DNA of 64,000 nucleotides from an uncultured virus (IMG/VR IMGVR_UViG_3300023703_000810) (taxonomy: Duplodnaviria > Heunggongvirae > Uroviricota > Caudoviricetes): IMG/VR virus record IMGVR_UViG_3300023703_000810; one strand, written 5' to 3'. Within the stretch, counting starts at the first letter, position 1, and the number at the start of each line of letters is the position of its first letter. The notes beneath the pieces were generated by a model. It saw only the letters and a program-made list of their open reading frames with translations, was not told the origin of the DNA and did not search any database. The position numbers and the translations under genes were made by a program. This document shows, in pieces, positions 39,819-50,156 of this stretch.

Positions 39819-40406
39819 ATGGCAAATATTGCTGATTTTAAGTCACAGATGATTGGCGGGGGCGCTCGCCCTAACCAATTCCGTGCCGAACTAACATTCC
39901 CATCCTTCGTTACATTGGGTGCGGTAGCTGGACAACGTGCACAGTTCTTGTGTAAGGCTGCTCAACTACCTGCGTCAACTATCGAGACTATTCCAGTCTT
40001 GTTTAAGGGACGCCCAGTTAACTTTGCTGGTGAACGTACATTCCAACCATGGACTGTAACAATCTATAACGATACTACTTTTGGTATTCGTAACGCATTA
40101 GAACAATGGCAATCTGGTATCCAGAACTATGACACTACTAACGGTCGTGTTAATCCTTCTGACTATCAAGTTGACTTGCAAATCCACCAACTAGATCGTA
40201 ACGGTGGCATCATTAAGACTTACAAGTTCGTTGATGCTTTCCCTACAGCTATCGGTGCTATCGGTTTAGACTACGAGCAACAAAACGCAATTGAACAGTT
40301 TGATGTGGAATTCACATACAACTTCTTCACTTCTGCTACTGGTGCTTCTTCTGGATTCGGTGTTAACGTTAGCGTTGATACTCCAGTTGGCTCTATCCCT
40401 CTATAA
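39819..40406 (+). CDS. gp19: Tail tube protein gp19
   Basis: GGARPNQF; AGERTFQPWTVTIYND. Confidence 0.95.
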   Translation: MANIADFKSQMIGGGARPNQFRAELTFPSFVTLGAVAGQRAQFLCKAAQLPASTIETIPVLFKGRPVNFAGERTFQPWTVTIYNDTTFGIRNALEQWQSGIQNYDTTNGRVNPSDYQVDLQIHQLDRNGGIIKTYKFVDAFPTAIGAIGLDYEQQNAIEQFDVEFTYNFFTSATGASSGFGVNVSVDTPVGSIPL

Positions 40407-40424
40407 TAAACTGAAGGTTATATA

Positions 40425-42017
40425 ATGCAATTTTTTGGGTTTGAAATAAGCCGTAAAAAAGAACTGCCGATCGGGAGCGTTGTCTCTCCTTCGGCAGGAG
40501 ATGGCTCAACTGTAGTAAACACTGGTGTTAATGCTGGTGGTTACTATGGTATGGTTATGGACTTGGATGGGGTCATTAAGAATGAAAATGACCTCATTCG
40601 TCGTTATCGTGAAGTTGCTCAGTACAGCGATTGTGATTCAGCTATTGAAGACATCGTAAACGAAGCAATTATCGTTGATGAAAAAGGTAAGTCTGTAAAC
40701 ATCAATTTAGACGATGTAGAAGTATCTGAATCTATCAAGAAGAAGATGCGTGATGAGTTCGAAACTGTGTTGAAACTTATCAAACTAGATTTCCGTGGAC
40801 ACGATCTATTCCGTACTTGGTACGTTGATGGTCGCCTCTACTATCAGATCCTTTTGGATGAAAAGAATCCAAAGAACGGTATCGCAGAATTACGTTACAT
40901 TGATCCACGCAAGATTCGTCGCATCAAGAACGTTATTAAAGAACGCTCTCCTAAGGGTGTTGAAATCATTAAGCAGATCGAAGAGTACTATCTGTTCAAT
41001 GACAAAGGAATTACAGAGCAAACTACACAGGGTGTTAAGTTATCCCTCGACTCAGTAGTTTATGCTCCTTCTGGTTACCTAGATGCTAACACTGGTATGA
41101 TGTTGTCATACCTACACAAAGCAATCAAGCCAGTAAACCAACTAAAGATGATCGAAGACTCTATGGTCATCTATCGTATTAGTCGTGCCCCTGAACGTAG
41201 AATTTTCTACATTGACGTTGGTAACTTACCTAAGGTTAAAGCCGAACAGTATGTAACTGACATTATGAACAAGTTCCGTAATAAGATAGTTTACGATGCT
41301 ACTACTGGTGAAGTTCGTGATGACCGTAAGCATATGTCAATGATGGAAGACTTCTGGATGCCACGTCGTGAAGGTGGTAAGGGTACTGAGATTACTACAC
41401 TTCCAGGTGGTCAGAATCTCGGCGACATTCAAGACATCGAATACTTCCAGAACAAATTGTTCCACGCATTGAACGTACCTGTTGGTCGTATGCAAGAACA
41501 ACAAGGGTTCTCAATCGGTCGTGCAACTGAAATCTCTCGTGATGAGATTAAGTTCCATAAGTTCGTTGCTCGTCTACGTAAACACTTTGCTAATCTGTTC
41601 ACAGATGCATTACGTGTTCAGATGATTGCAAAGAATATTATTCGCGCCGATGAATGGGAAGACATCAAACAAGACATCCGTTATGACTTCGTTGAAGATA
41701 ACCATTATGCTGAACTAAAGGATAATGAAATCCTTATGGCTCGTCTTGGTGCTCTACAACAAGTAGAACCATACATTGGTAAGTTCTACTCTATGCAATG
41801 GATCAAAGAAAACATTCTGTTCCAAGATGAAGAACTCATCGCTGAGATGCAGAAACAAATGGACGCTGAAGAAGATTACCATATGGCTAATGCTCAGTTC
41901 GATGGCACATTGGCTGCTGTTGGACAAGCTGCTAGCGATAATTATATGGCTTACAATGCTCCACAGATGGATGATAATCAACCACCTGAACCAGAAGATA
42001 AACCGAAAGGAAAATGA
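40425..42017 (+). CDS. gp20: Portal protein gp20
   Basis: WYVDGR; IYRISRAPERRIFYIDVG; EDFWMPRREGGKGTEITTLPGG. Confidence 0.97.
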   Translation: MQFFGFEISRKKELPIGSVVSPSAGDGSTVVNTGVNAGGYYGMVMDLDGVIKNENDLIRRYREVAQYSDCDSAIEDIVNEAIIVDEKGKSVNINLDDVEVSESIKKKMRDEFETVLKLIKLDFRGHDLFRTWYVDGRLYYQILLDEKNPKNGIAELRYIDPRKIRRIKNVIKERSPKGVEIIKQIEEYYLFNDKGITEQTTQGVKLSLDSVVYAPSGYLDANTGMMLSYLHKAIKPVNQLKMIEDSMVIYRISRAPERRIFYIDVGNLPKVKAEQYVTDIMNKFRNKIVYDATTGEVRDDRKHMSMMEDFWMPRREGGKGTEITTLPGGQNLGDIQDIEYFQNKLFHALNVPVGRMQEQQGFSIGRATEISRDEIKFHKFVARLRKHFANLFTDALRVQMIAKNIIRADEWEDIKQDIRYDFVEDNHYAELKDNEILMARLGALQQVEPYIGKFYSMQWIKENILFQDEELIAEMQKQMDAEEDYHMANAQFDGTLAAVGQAASDNYMAYNAPQMDDNQPPEPEDKPKGK

Positions 42018-42018
42018 A

Positions 42019-42393
42019 ATGAGTGAAACTACACAACAATTAGTAACAGCAATGCTTCAGAAAGATGCAGTTGCTTTAGAGGGTGCATTCCAAGCTGCAA
42101 TGGCAGAAAAGATTTCTGCTAAGCTAGACGATATGCGTGTTACAGTGGCACAGAATATGTTCGTATCTGTTCCAACTGAAGTATCAGATCCAATGATCAC
42201 TGCTGAGTCTGTTGAAACAATGACTGAAGAACAGTTGGATGAAGTTATTACTGCTAAGACTCCAACTAGCGCAGTTATCAAAGACTTCGTTCATAGCGAT
42301 GACCCTCGCTTCGAAGGTAAGTCTAAGAAAGAACGTATCAAGATGGCTCTTGGTGCATACTACGCTAAACACCCAGAACAATCTAAAAAATGA
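42019..42393 (+). CDS. Prohead core protein (gp67-like position)
   Basis: Follows portal; ATG at 42019; acidic helical protein with EEQLDE segment. Confidence 0.55.
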   Translation: MSETTQQLVTAMLQKDAVALEGAFQAAMAEKISAKLDDMRVTVAQNMFVSVPTEVSDPMITAESVETMTEEQLDEVITAKTPTSAVIKDFVHSDDPRFEGKSKKERIKMALGAYYAKHPEQSKK

Positions 42394-42923
42394 ATTACAA
42401 CGAGTTCACCAGTAAACTACACAGCGGAGAAGTTCTCCGCTCATATGGTCGCCTAATTGAAATGGTTGACGGTACTGTAACAATTGATGGTGAACCAACA
42501 AAGTTCAAGTCTTTGGAAGAAGCAAGGCTCGACGTTAAACAAGAATACACTGCGCAAAAGATAGAAGAACAAGTCTCAAAAGAACTATACGAAGAAATAT
42601 CAGACGCTAAAGTCGCTAGTATCATTAAAGAATACCACGATGTTAAAGTCACAGATACGTTAATCGAAACATATATCCAACTTGCTTCTTCCAATATGTT
42701 CAGTGTTGACCCAGTTGTTCAAGACATTCGTGCTCTGAATAAACTTGATAGAATTGTTGAAGGTAAACTGCATTATGTGCTTGCTGATGATAGCATTGTA
42801 GCAATTAGCGAGCAAACGCAAGAACGCCTAAATAAGTTATTAGGTAATCAAACAGAGATTATTGAGTACATGAGAGAGTCCAAAGAGAACTTTCTATCTG
42901 TGCTTGAACAAATAGAGGAATAA
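42390..42923 (+). CDS. Hypothetical head-module protein
   Basis: Coupled ORF between portal and prohead protease; acidic. Confidence 0.55.
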   Translation: MNYNEFTSKLHSGEVLRSYGRLIEMVDGTVTIDGEPTKFKSLEEARLDVKQEYTAQKIEEQVSKELYEEISDAKVASIIKEYHDVKVTDTLIETYIQLASSNMFSVDPVVQDIRALNKLDRIVEGKLHYVLADDSIVAISEQTQERLNKLLGNQTEIIEYMRESKENFLSVLEQIEE

Positions 42924-42925
42924 AG

Positions 42926-43390
42926 ATGGCTGTAATTTTCACAACAGTTAAAAATACAAACCAAGAAGTTATCGTACACTTCGACACAGTCGCGGCTGAG
43001 TCTGGTACGTTGGCTCTTAACACATTGGGTGCTGCTACTCAAGCGTTGACAGTTGGTGGTACTCCGAAGGTTAATATCGTTAAGTTTGTTTCTACAGGCG
43101 AACTTGGAGCTGGTCTCCGTATTGTTCGTGACGGTAAAAACATTATCGCATGTGCTCCAGAAAACGCTCCAATGTTAGACCTAAACTCCATCGGCATTTC
43201 TGATAATACTAACAACACAGCAGACATTGTTGTAACAAATGATGTAGCTAAAGCCGTCACTGGTTATTTGGTTCTACGTAAAGTCGCTGGATGGGACACT
43301 AAAGTTGAGACTGTTACATACGGTGCTTACGACGACGAAAGCCGTGTTGGTGCTTCTACCACACTAAATGGTTCTCCAGATAAGGTTTAA
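42926..43390 (+). CDS. Hypothetical head-module protein
   Basis: GAGG RBS; in the late operon before gp21. Confidence 0.6.
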   Translation: MAVIFTTVKNTNQEVIVHFDTVAAESGTLALNTLGAATQALTVGGTPKVNIVKFVSTGELGAGLRIVRDGKNIIACAPENAPMLDLNSIGISDNTNNTADIVVTNDVAKAVTGYLVLRKVAGWDTKVETVTYGAYDDESRVGASTTLNGSPDKV

Positions 43391-43392
43391 AT

Positions 43393-44046
43393 ATGAAGCT
43401 GATTAGAGAAACAGTCGAAGAGACTAAACTTATTGTTGAAGAGAAATTAGGTAAAGGTAAACAATACTTTATTGAAGGTGTTTTTCTACAATCAAATATT
43501 GTTAACCGCAACAAGCGCATGTACCAAGAAGGTATCATGGATCGTGAAGTTGGTCGTTACCTTAAAGAATCTGTTCAATCTAACCGTGCATACGGTGAAC
43601 TAGGACACCCAGATACTCCATCCATCAATTTGGATCGTGTGTCTCACCTGATCGTTGATCTTCGTAAAGAAGGTACTAACTGGATCGGTAAAGCAAAGAT
43701 TTTAGAAACTCCAATGGGACAAATTGCTCGTGGTCTATTAGACGGTGGTGCAAATCTTGGTGTTTCTTCAAGAGCCATGGGTTCTCTCAAAATGAATAAT
43801 GAGGGAATCAACGTTGTTCAAGATGACTTTATGTTATCTACTGCTGCTGATATTGTAGCAGACCCATCTGCCCCTGACGCATTCGTTCGTGGTATTATGG
43901 AGGGCAAAGAGTGGATTTTTGTTGATGGAAAGTTTGTGGAACAAAATATCGAAGAGGTAAGATCTTTCGTTAAGAGAACTTCTTCTAGAAACCTAGAGGA
44001 AGCAAAGATTCAGGCTTTCCAACACTTTCTGAGTAAAATCAGATAA
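43393..44046 (+). CDS. gp21: Prohead protease gp21
   Basis: GELGHP, GVSSRAMGS, DIVADPSAPDA. Confidence 0.96.
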   Translation: MKLIRETVEETKLIVEEKLGKGKQYFIEGVFLQSNIVNRNKRMYQEGIMDREVGRYLKESVQSNRAYGELGHPDTPSINLDRVSHLIVDLRKEGTNWIGKAKILETPMGQIARGLLDGGANLGVSSRAMGSLKMNNEGINVVQDDFMLSTAADIVADPSAPDAFVRGIMEGKEWIFVDGKFVEQNIEEVRSFVKRTSSRNLEEAKIQAFQHFLSKIR

Positions 44047-44089
44047 ATAATAAATAAATAACAGAACTATCCAGTTACAGGAGAAAACG

Positions 44090-45100
44090 ATGTCAATCGA
44101 ACAAAAAATTGCCGAAATTTTGGCAGAATCTAAAAAGTTAAATGAAGCTAAGTTTGCAGGCAAAGAAGGTGGTAGTGATTCTACTACTGGTAATGCACAT
44201 GCTGGCGATCAATCAGTTATTCGTCAAGGTGATGCTGTTCCAGCACAATCACCTGCTGCTAACCCAGACAGCGCACGCAATAACGTAGAAGATGAAAAAG
44301 ATGCTGAGAAGGCACCAGAGGGTTCTGCGAATCCAAAGAATGGTGACCAATCTCCAGTACGTAAAGGTAATGCCGTTAAAGGCGTTAAAGAAGATATCGA
44401 CGCACTTATGAATGGTGAAGAACTCTCTGAAGAGTTCCGCGAAAAAGCGACTACCATTTTCGAAGCTGCTGTCACTACACGTGTTGCTGAAGAGCTAGCA
44501 CGTATCGAAGAAGAATTCGAAGCTCAACTTGCTGAGCAAGTTGAGCAGAATACACAGGGAATTGTTGAACAAGTTGATGGATACCTTGGCTATATTGCCG
44601 AGCAGTGGATTGCACAGAATGAAATCGCCCTTGAGCGTGGTATGAAGTCTGAAATCATGGAGAGTTTTATCCTTGGTATGAAAGACCTATTCGAAGAACA
44701 CTATGTTGAAATTCCAGAAGAGCGTTACGACGTTCTTGGTGAAATGGAAAACACAGTTGCTGAACTCGAAGCAAAACTAAACGAGCAACTAGAAGCTAAC
44801 ATCGCTCTTTCTAAGAGCCTGTCTGAGTCTAAGCAAGCTCAGTTGGTAAAGTCTATCTCTGAAGGTTTGACTGATACTGAACAAGAGAAATTCTTAGGTT
44901 TGGTTGAAGAACTATCTTTCGAAGATGAAGCGTCTTTCGAACAAAAGTTGAAGACTATTCGTGAAAATTACTTCACAACAAAAACAATCGCAGAGCAATC
45001 TGTGGTTACTGATGCACCAGTAGAGATGTTGGCTGAAGGTACTACTGTGAAAACAGTTGACCCTAAGATGTCTGCATACCTATCAGTTCTCAACAAATAA
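44090..45100 (+). CDS. gp22: Prohead scaffold gp22
   Basis: LSEEFREKATTIFEAAV; VDGYLGY; acidic coiled coil. Confidence 0.92.
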   Translation: MSIEQKIAEILAESKKLNEAKFAGKEGGSDSTTGNAHAGDQSVIRQGDAVPAQSPAANPDSARNNVEDEKDAEKAPEGSANPKNGDQSPVRKGNAVKGVKEDIDALMNGEELSEEFREKATTIFEAAVTTRVAEELARIEEEFEAQLAEQVEQNTQGIVEQVDGYLGYIAEQWIAQNEIALERGMKSEIMESFILGMKDLFEEHYVEIPEERYDVLGEMENTVAELEAKLNEQLEANIALSKSLSESKQAQLVKSISEGLTDTEQEKFLGLVEELSFEDEASFEQKLKTIRENYFTTKTIAEQSVVTDAPVEMLAEGTTVKTVDPKMSAYLSVLNK

Positions 45101-45121
45101 AAATTTTAAAGGAAATATAAA

Positions 45122-46441
45122 ATGACAACACGTCAACAATTAATGGAAAAGTGGGCACCAGTTCTGAACCACGAAGGTTCTGCCCCAATTAAAGATAACT
45201 ACCGTAAGGAAGTTACTGCTGTTCTTTTGGAAAACCAAGAACGCGAAATGGCTAAGCAAGCCGAAGCATTGTTTGAAGGTTCTCCTACAAACGGTACTGG
45301 CGGTCAAATCGGTACTGTTGGTGGCGGTGCTACTGGTGGTGTTGCTGGTTTCGATCCAGTATTGATCTCTTTGGTTCGCCGTGCGATGCCACAATTGATC
45401 GCTTATGATGTTGCTGGTGTTCAACCAATGACTCAACCAACTGGCTTGATCTTCGCTATGAAGTCTCGCTACACTACTCAAAACGGTACTGAAGCATTGT
45501 TCAACGAAGTTAACTCTGGTTTCTCTGGTGACGGTACTGACGCTTCTGCTGGTTCTGCTCTAGGCGGTTCTGATGCAGTTGGTCGTGGTATCTCTACTGT
45601 AGCTGCTGAGCGTTTAGGTCAAGGCGGTTCTGGTGACGGTTCTTTCGCTCAAATGGCATTCTCTATCGAGAAGGCATCTGTTGTTGCTAAGACTCGTGCT
45701 TTGAAGGCTGAATACTCTATCGAGTTGGCACAAGACTTGAAGTCTGTGCATGGTTTGGATGCTGAAGGCGAGTTGTCTAACATCTTGTCTACAGAAATCT
45801 TGGCTGAAATCAACCGTGAAGTTATCCGTACAATCTACAACACTGCTAAAGTTGGTGCTGCAGTTGGTACTGCTACTCAAGGTACTTTCGACTTGGACGT
45901 TGACTCTAACGGTCGCTGGTCTGTTGAAAAGTTCAAAGGTCTAATGTTCCAAATCGAACGTGAAGCCAACGCTATCGGTCAACAAACACGTCGTGGACGT
46001 GGTAACATCATCATCACTTCTGCTGACGTTGCGTCTGCATTGGCGATGGCTGGTGTTCTTGATTACCAATCTGGTATCACTGGTAAGAACGCATTGACTG
46101 TAGATGACACTTCTACTACTTTCGCTGGTGTTCTAAACGGTAAGTACAAAGTTTATGTTGACCCATACACTTCTAACGTTTCTAACAGCCAATTCTTCGT
46201 AGTTGGTTACAAGGGTGCTTCTGCATTCGACGCTGGTTTGTTCTACTGCCCATACGTTCCATTGCAAATGGTTCGTGCTGTTGATCCAAACAGCTTCCAA
46301 CCAAAGATTGGTTTCAAGACTCGTTACGGTCTAGTTGCTAACCCATTCGTTAACTTGGATGATGGCACTTCTGGTCAAGACAATTTGACTGCGAACGCAA
46401 ACTACTACTACCGTAAAGTTAAAGTTACTAACTTGCTGTAA
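45122..46441 (+). CDS. gp23: Major capsid protein gp23
   Basis: GVQPMTQPTGLIFA; RALKAEYSIELAQDLK; YCPYVPL; FQPKIGFKTRYG. Confidence 0.98.
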   Translation: MTTRQQLMEKWAPVLNHEGSAPIKDNYRKEVTAVLLENQEREMAKQAEALFEGSPTNGTGGQIGTVGGGATGGVAGFDPVLISLVRRAMPQLIAYDVAGVQPMTQPTGLIFAMKSRYTTQNGTEALFNEVNSGFSGDGTDASAGSALGGSDAVGRGISTVAAERLGQGGSGDGSFAQMAFSIEKASVVAKTRALKAEYSIELAQDLKSVHGLDAEGELSNILSTEILAEINREVIRTIYNTAKVGAAVGTATQGTFDLDVDSNGRWSVEKFKGLMFQIEREANAIGQQTRRGRGNIIITSADVASALAMAGVLDYQSGITGKNALTVDDTSTTFAGVLNGKYKVYVDPYTSNVSNSQFFVVGYKGASAFDAGLFYCPYVPLQMVRAVDPNSFQPKIGFKTRYGLVANPFVNLDDGTSGQDNLTANANYYYRKVKVTNLL

Positions 46442-46477
46442 TCGGTTAGACTCCTATCGTAAGATAGGTAGTAATCT

Positions 46478-46502
46478 AAAGGCTCCTTCGGGAGCCTTTT
46501 TT
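46478..46502 (+). terminator. Rho-independent terminator after gp23
   Basis: AAAGGCTCC-TTCG-GGAGCCTTT plus T run; preceded by a CCTATC-GTAA-GATAGG hairpin (46453-46468). Confidence 0.9.
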
Positions 46503-46519
46503 CATTCCTAAATAATTGT

Positions 46520-47038
46520 ATGGCTACATCTATTCCTTCCAATTTAAGTCCTCTGTCACCGAATGGGTTTCAGTTTAGTATCACTAAGCTACCTGATATT
46601 TCATTCCATTGTCAAGAGGTAACTCTTCCAGGGATTAACCTTGGAGAACCAGCGTTTTCTACGCCATTCTCAACGCAACCAGTTCCAGGTGATACGTTAC
46701 AGTACGATCCACTGACAGTACAATTCTTGGTTGATGAGAATATGACTAATTACAGAACAATGTATAACTGGATCGTCGCTCTTGGATTCCCAGAAAGCTA
46801 TGATCAATACATCGCACACAATGCATTGGATACTACTGCATATGGTGAATTAGCAAAGAACTATTCTGATGCTACGCTGCAGATCCTAGATAGTAACAAC
46901 CAAGCTATCCAGACTATACAGTTCTATGATGTGTTTCCAACTACTATCGATTCGATGAGATTCGCTTCTACAAATGACGATGTCAGCTACGTTGTTGCAT
47001 CAGTAACATTTAAATTTGGATGGTATAAATTATTGTAA
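46520..47038 (+). CDS. gp3: Tail tube terminator gp3-like
   Basis: LSPNGFQF..VTLPGI..PGD.LQYDPL..FLVDENM..SDATL; preceded by CTAAATA. Confidence 0.85.
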   Translation: MATSIPSNLSPLSPNGFQFSITKLPDISFHCQEVTLPGINLGEPAFSTPFSTQPVPGDTLQYDPLTVQFLVDENMTNYRTMYNWIVALGFPESYDQYIAHNALDTTAYGELAKNYSDATLQILDSNNQAIQTIQFYDVFPTTIDSMRFASTNDDVSYVVASVTFKFGWYKLL

Positions 47039-47077
47039 TTGATGTTTAGCCACTAGGCTTTATAAAATGGAGTTATT

Positions 47078-47515
47078 ATGAATATTGAGCAGATACAAGA
47101 AATGTGGGACGTTGATTGCGAGATCGACGACAACTACCTCGGTGAGACTACCACCGCTACACCAAAGCTACACGCTAAGTACGTCAAACTTTTAGTCAAT
47201 GTAAAACTGAAACATACAAAGTTCAGTTCTGACTACAACATCTTACGCAAAAACAAATTCAGATACTATCGTGGTGAACTCTCACGTGAAGAGTTGACTG
47301 CACTCGACTGGCCACAATGGCAGGGTGTTAAACCACTAAAGAATGAGATGGATGAATTCCTCTCAGGAGACAGCGATCTTAACACAATGAAAGTAAAGAT
47401 CGACTACCTTGAAACAATGATATACTTTTTGGAATCAATTCTCGGACAAATTAAAGCCAGAGACTGGCAAATTAAGACTGCCGTTGAATGGAAGAAGTTC
47501 CTAGCAGGGATGTAA
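47078..47515 (+). CDS. uvsY: Recombination mediator UvsY
   Basis: PKLHAKY; YYRG; RDWQIKTAVEWKKF. Confidence 0.9.
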   Translation: MNIEQIQEMWDVDCEIDDNYLGETTTATPKLHAKYVKLLVNVKLKHTKFSSDYNILRKNKFRYYRGELSREELTALDWPQWQGVKPLKNEMDEFLSGDSDLNTMKVKIDYLETMIYFLESILGQIKARDWQIKTAVEWKKFLAGM

Positions 47516-48996
47516 TGATTAAGATTGAGAAACTCGATGAGGTTTATGTAAGAGTCTTTTCTGATGCCAGCATCGAACAAGAACTAGCAGACTTCTTTAC
47601 CTACGAATATCCAGGTGCTAAATTCACTCCACAATATAGAGCGCGTTTGTGGGATGGTAAGGTGCGTTTGTATGACCAAATAAGAAAGACATTGTATGTC
47701 GGTTTGGTGGCATACGTTGAGGAATTCGCTACACGTAACGGATATGAATTAGAGTATGTAACTCCAGTTCTAACACGTAACGGTATTACAGCAGAACAGG
47801 TAGAAGCATACGCCAAGTCACTAAACCCTATGGGTCGTGGCCAACCTATCGAGATTCGAGACTATCAGATAGAAGCAGTAAAGACTGCTCTCGATCAAGA
47901 GCGCACACTGCTATTATCTCCGACTGCTTCTGGAAAGTCATTTATCATTTACACGACAATGAGATACCACGTTGCGAATAAACGTAAGTGTATCATTATT
48001 GTGCCAACAACATCTCTTGTTGAGCAGTTACACGCAGACTTTAAAGATTATTCTTCTGCTAATGGATGGGATGTTGACCGTAAGTGTCAAAAGTTATACG
48101 CTGGATTCAGTAAAGACTTTACATCAAGCGTCTTGATTACTACTTGGCAGTCGGTATACCTACAACCAAAGTCGTGGTTCGCTCAGTTTGATGTTATCTT
48201 CGGAGACGAGGCTCACCAATTCAAAGCAAAATCCTTAACAACAGTTATGGAAAAGATGGACAATATTCGTTATCGTATCGGGACAACTGGTACGCTAGAT
48301 AACAAGAAGGTTCACCGTCTGGTTCTTGAAGGTATGTTTGGTCCAGTGCATAGAGTTACCACTACTAAAGCATTGATGGATTCTAACAAACTTGCTACGC
48401 TAAACATCACTTGTATCTTATTGAAGTATAATGATGAAGTGCGCAAGGTAAGAAAGAATAACACATACCAAGAAGAGATGGATTTTATCGTTGGACAAGA
48501 ACAACGTAATAACTTTATCCGTAACTTGGCTATAAAATCAGGTGGTAACACTCTTGTGTTATTCCAGTATGTTGAGAAACACGGTAAAGTTCTATACGAT
48601 CTAATCAAAGACAAAGCCCATAATAAGAGAAAGATTTTCTTTGTTTATGGTGGTACTGATACTGCAGATCGCGAAGCAATTCGTCATATTTGCGAAAGCG
48701 AAGAAGATGCTATTATTGTTGCATCATACGGTACATTCTCTACTGGTATTAACATTCCTTCGATCGAGAACGTAATTTTCGCATCACCATCTAAGTCTAA
48801 GATTCGTAACTTACAATCTATTGGTCGTGGCTTGCGATTGAAGAGTGGCAAGACGCATTGTAATCTCTATGACCTTGCCGATGATTTACATTGGAAGTCT
48901 TGGAAAAATCATACGCTGAACCATGCTGCAGAACGTTACAAGACGTATGCAGAAGAAGAATTTAAATTGAAAGTCGTAGAGGTAGTACTATGCTAA
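47515..48996 (+). CDS. uvsW: DNA helicase UvsW
   Basis: SPTASGKS, GDEAH, TTGT, QSIGRGLR. Confidence 0.96.
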   Translation: MIKIEKLDEVYVRVFSDASIEQELADFFTYEYPGAKFTPQYRARLWDGKVRLYDQIRKTLYVGLVAYVEEFATRNGYELEYVTPVLTRNGITAEQVEAYAKSLNPMGRGQPIEIRDYQIEAVKTALDQERTLLLSPTASGKSFIIYTTMRYHVANKRKCIIIVPTTSLVEQLHADFKDYSSANGWDVDRKCQKLYAGFSKDFTSSVLITTWQSVYLQPKSWFAQFDVIFGDEAHQFKAKSLTTVMEKMDNIRYRIGTTGTLDNKKVHRLVLEGMFGPVHRVTTTKALMDSNKLATLNITCILLKYNDEVRKVRKNNTYQEEMDFIVGQEQRNNFIRNLAIKSGGNTLVLFQYVEKHGKVLYDLIKDKAHNKRKIFFVYGGTDTADREAIRHICESEEDAIIVASYGTFSTGINIPSIENVIFASPSKSKIRNLQSIGRGLRLKSGKTHCNLYDLADDLHWKSWKNHTLNHAAERYKTYAEEEFKLKVVEVVLC

Positions 48997-49424
48997 CTGG
49001 AAAAGAAGTTTTCGTTGTAGTCAAATTTACTAGTGGTGAACAGGTAATGTCTGCCTTGCAAGAGGAAGACGATACGTATATTGAATTGCTGCATCCGATG
49101 GTTGTAAAGACAACACCGAACTTTGCGACAGGAAAAGAACACGTGACAGCTGCTCCATTCTGCCAGTTTTCGAGAGACGATTCTTACTTGATAGATAAGA
49201 AGAATGTGTTATTCATAAAAGCGATGCATTCATCGTTCGTGCCTCACTACATACGAATCGTGCAGGAGCACAATGATGTAGAGTTAAGAGAACCTTCTAA
49301 AGAAGAGAAGCAAAAGATTGCAGCTCTGGTTGAAGCATTCGGGGATGCTCTCGATGACGAGATCGAACCAGAAGAAGGAGATGGAGAAGGAATCTATATC
49401 GAAGGAAACGATACTAGACACTAA
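48990..49424 (+). CDS. Conserved hypothetical protein after uvsW
   Basis: VVKFTSGEQV N-terminus; syntenic position in T4-like phages. Confidence 0.65.
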   Translation: MLTGKEVFVVVKFTSGEQVMSALQEEDDTYIELLHPMVVKTTPNFATGKEHVTAAPFCQFSRDDSYLIDKKNVLFIKAMHSSFVPHYIRIVQEHNDVELREPSKEEKQKIAALVEAFGDALDDEIEPEEGDGEGIYIEGNDTRH

Positions 49425-49462
49425 CTAAGTTACTCTATTCAGCATCAACCCTAACACAGTGA

Positions 49463-49491
49463 ATTATGCCCTAAGTCAACTAAATAAGCAA
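49463..49491 (-). promoter_or_regulatory. Sigma70-like promoter on the minus strand (TTGCTT-17-CATAAT)
   Basis: Reverse complement of 49463-49491; divergent from the gp55 promoter. Confidence 0.5.
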
Positions 49492-49515
49492 ATCTAAATT
49501 GCAATGCAGATAAAG

Positions 49516-49544
49516 TTGTCTTGCAGTTGCTACAGAGGTATACT
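49516..49544 (+). promoter_or_regulatory. Sigma70-like promoter for gp55 (TTGTCT-17-TATACT)
   Basis: Consensus-like boxes with a 17-nt spacer. Confidence 0.65.
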
Positions 49545-49580
49545 TACTGTTGCTTTGTTAATCAAAGGAAAATATCATGT

Positions 49581-50156
49581 ATGGCACACTACGTAAATAA
49601 CGCTGACTTTCTGGTGGCAATCTCGGAGTATCGAACTAAAGTCCTCGACGCTAAGGAGAAGGGATTACCACCACCCCAAGTTAGCAACTACATCGGCGAA
49701 TGTATTCTAAAAATTGCCAATCACCTTTCGTACAAGCCGAACTTTATCAACTACTCTTATCGTGAGGAGATGATTTCAGATGGAATCGAGAACTGTCTAC
49801 AGTACATCAATAACTTCGATCCATCTAAATCAAACAATCCTTTCGCTTACTTCACTCAAATCATTTACTATGCTTTCTTGCGTAGAATTGCTAAAGAGAA
49901 GAAGCAATCATACATTAAGGGTAAGCTGATTCAGGACATGCCGTTTGAAGCGTTTGAATTGCAAGACCAAGACGATGGTGGCGAATTCCATAATGCTTAT
50001 CTCGACTTTATGCAGAACAACCATACATTCGATGATTCCTTTATTACAAAGAAGGCTGCAAAAGCTAAAAAGAAGCAAACCTCTCTAGATGATTTTATAG
50101 GTGAAGTAGATGACTACCAAGGCGATACAAACCCGTCCAGCGGCGACTCCGAGTGA
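49581..50156 (+). CDS. gp55: Late-transcription sigma factor gp55
   Basis: HYVNN; YIGEC..IA..LS.KPNF..Y.YREEMISDGIENC; NPFAYFTQI. Confidence 0.96.
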   Translation: MAHYVNNADFLVAISEYRTKVLDAKEKGLPPPQVSNYIGECILKIANHLSYKPNFINYSYREEMISDGIENCLQYINNFDPSKSNNPFAYFTQIIYYAFLRRIAKEKKQSYIKGKLIQDMPFEAFELQDQDDGGEFHNAYLDFMQNNHTFDDSFITKKAAKAKKKQTSLDDFIGEVDDYQGDTNPSSGDSE

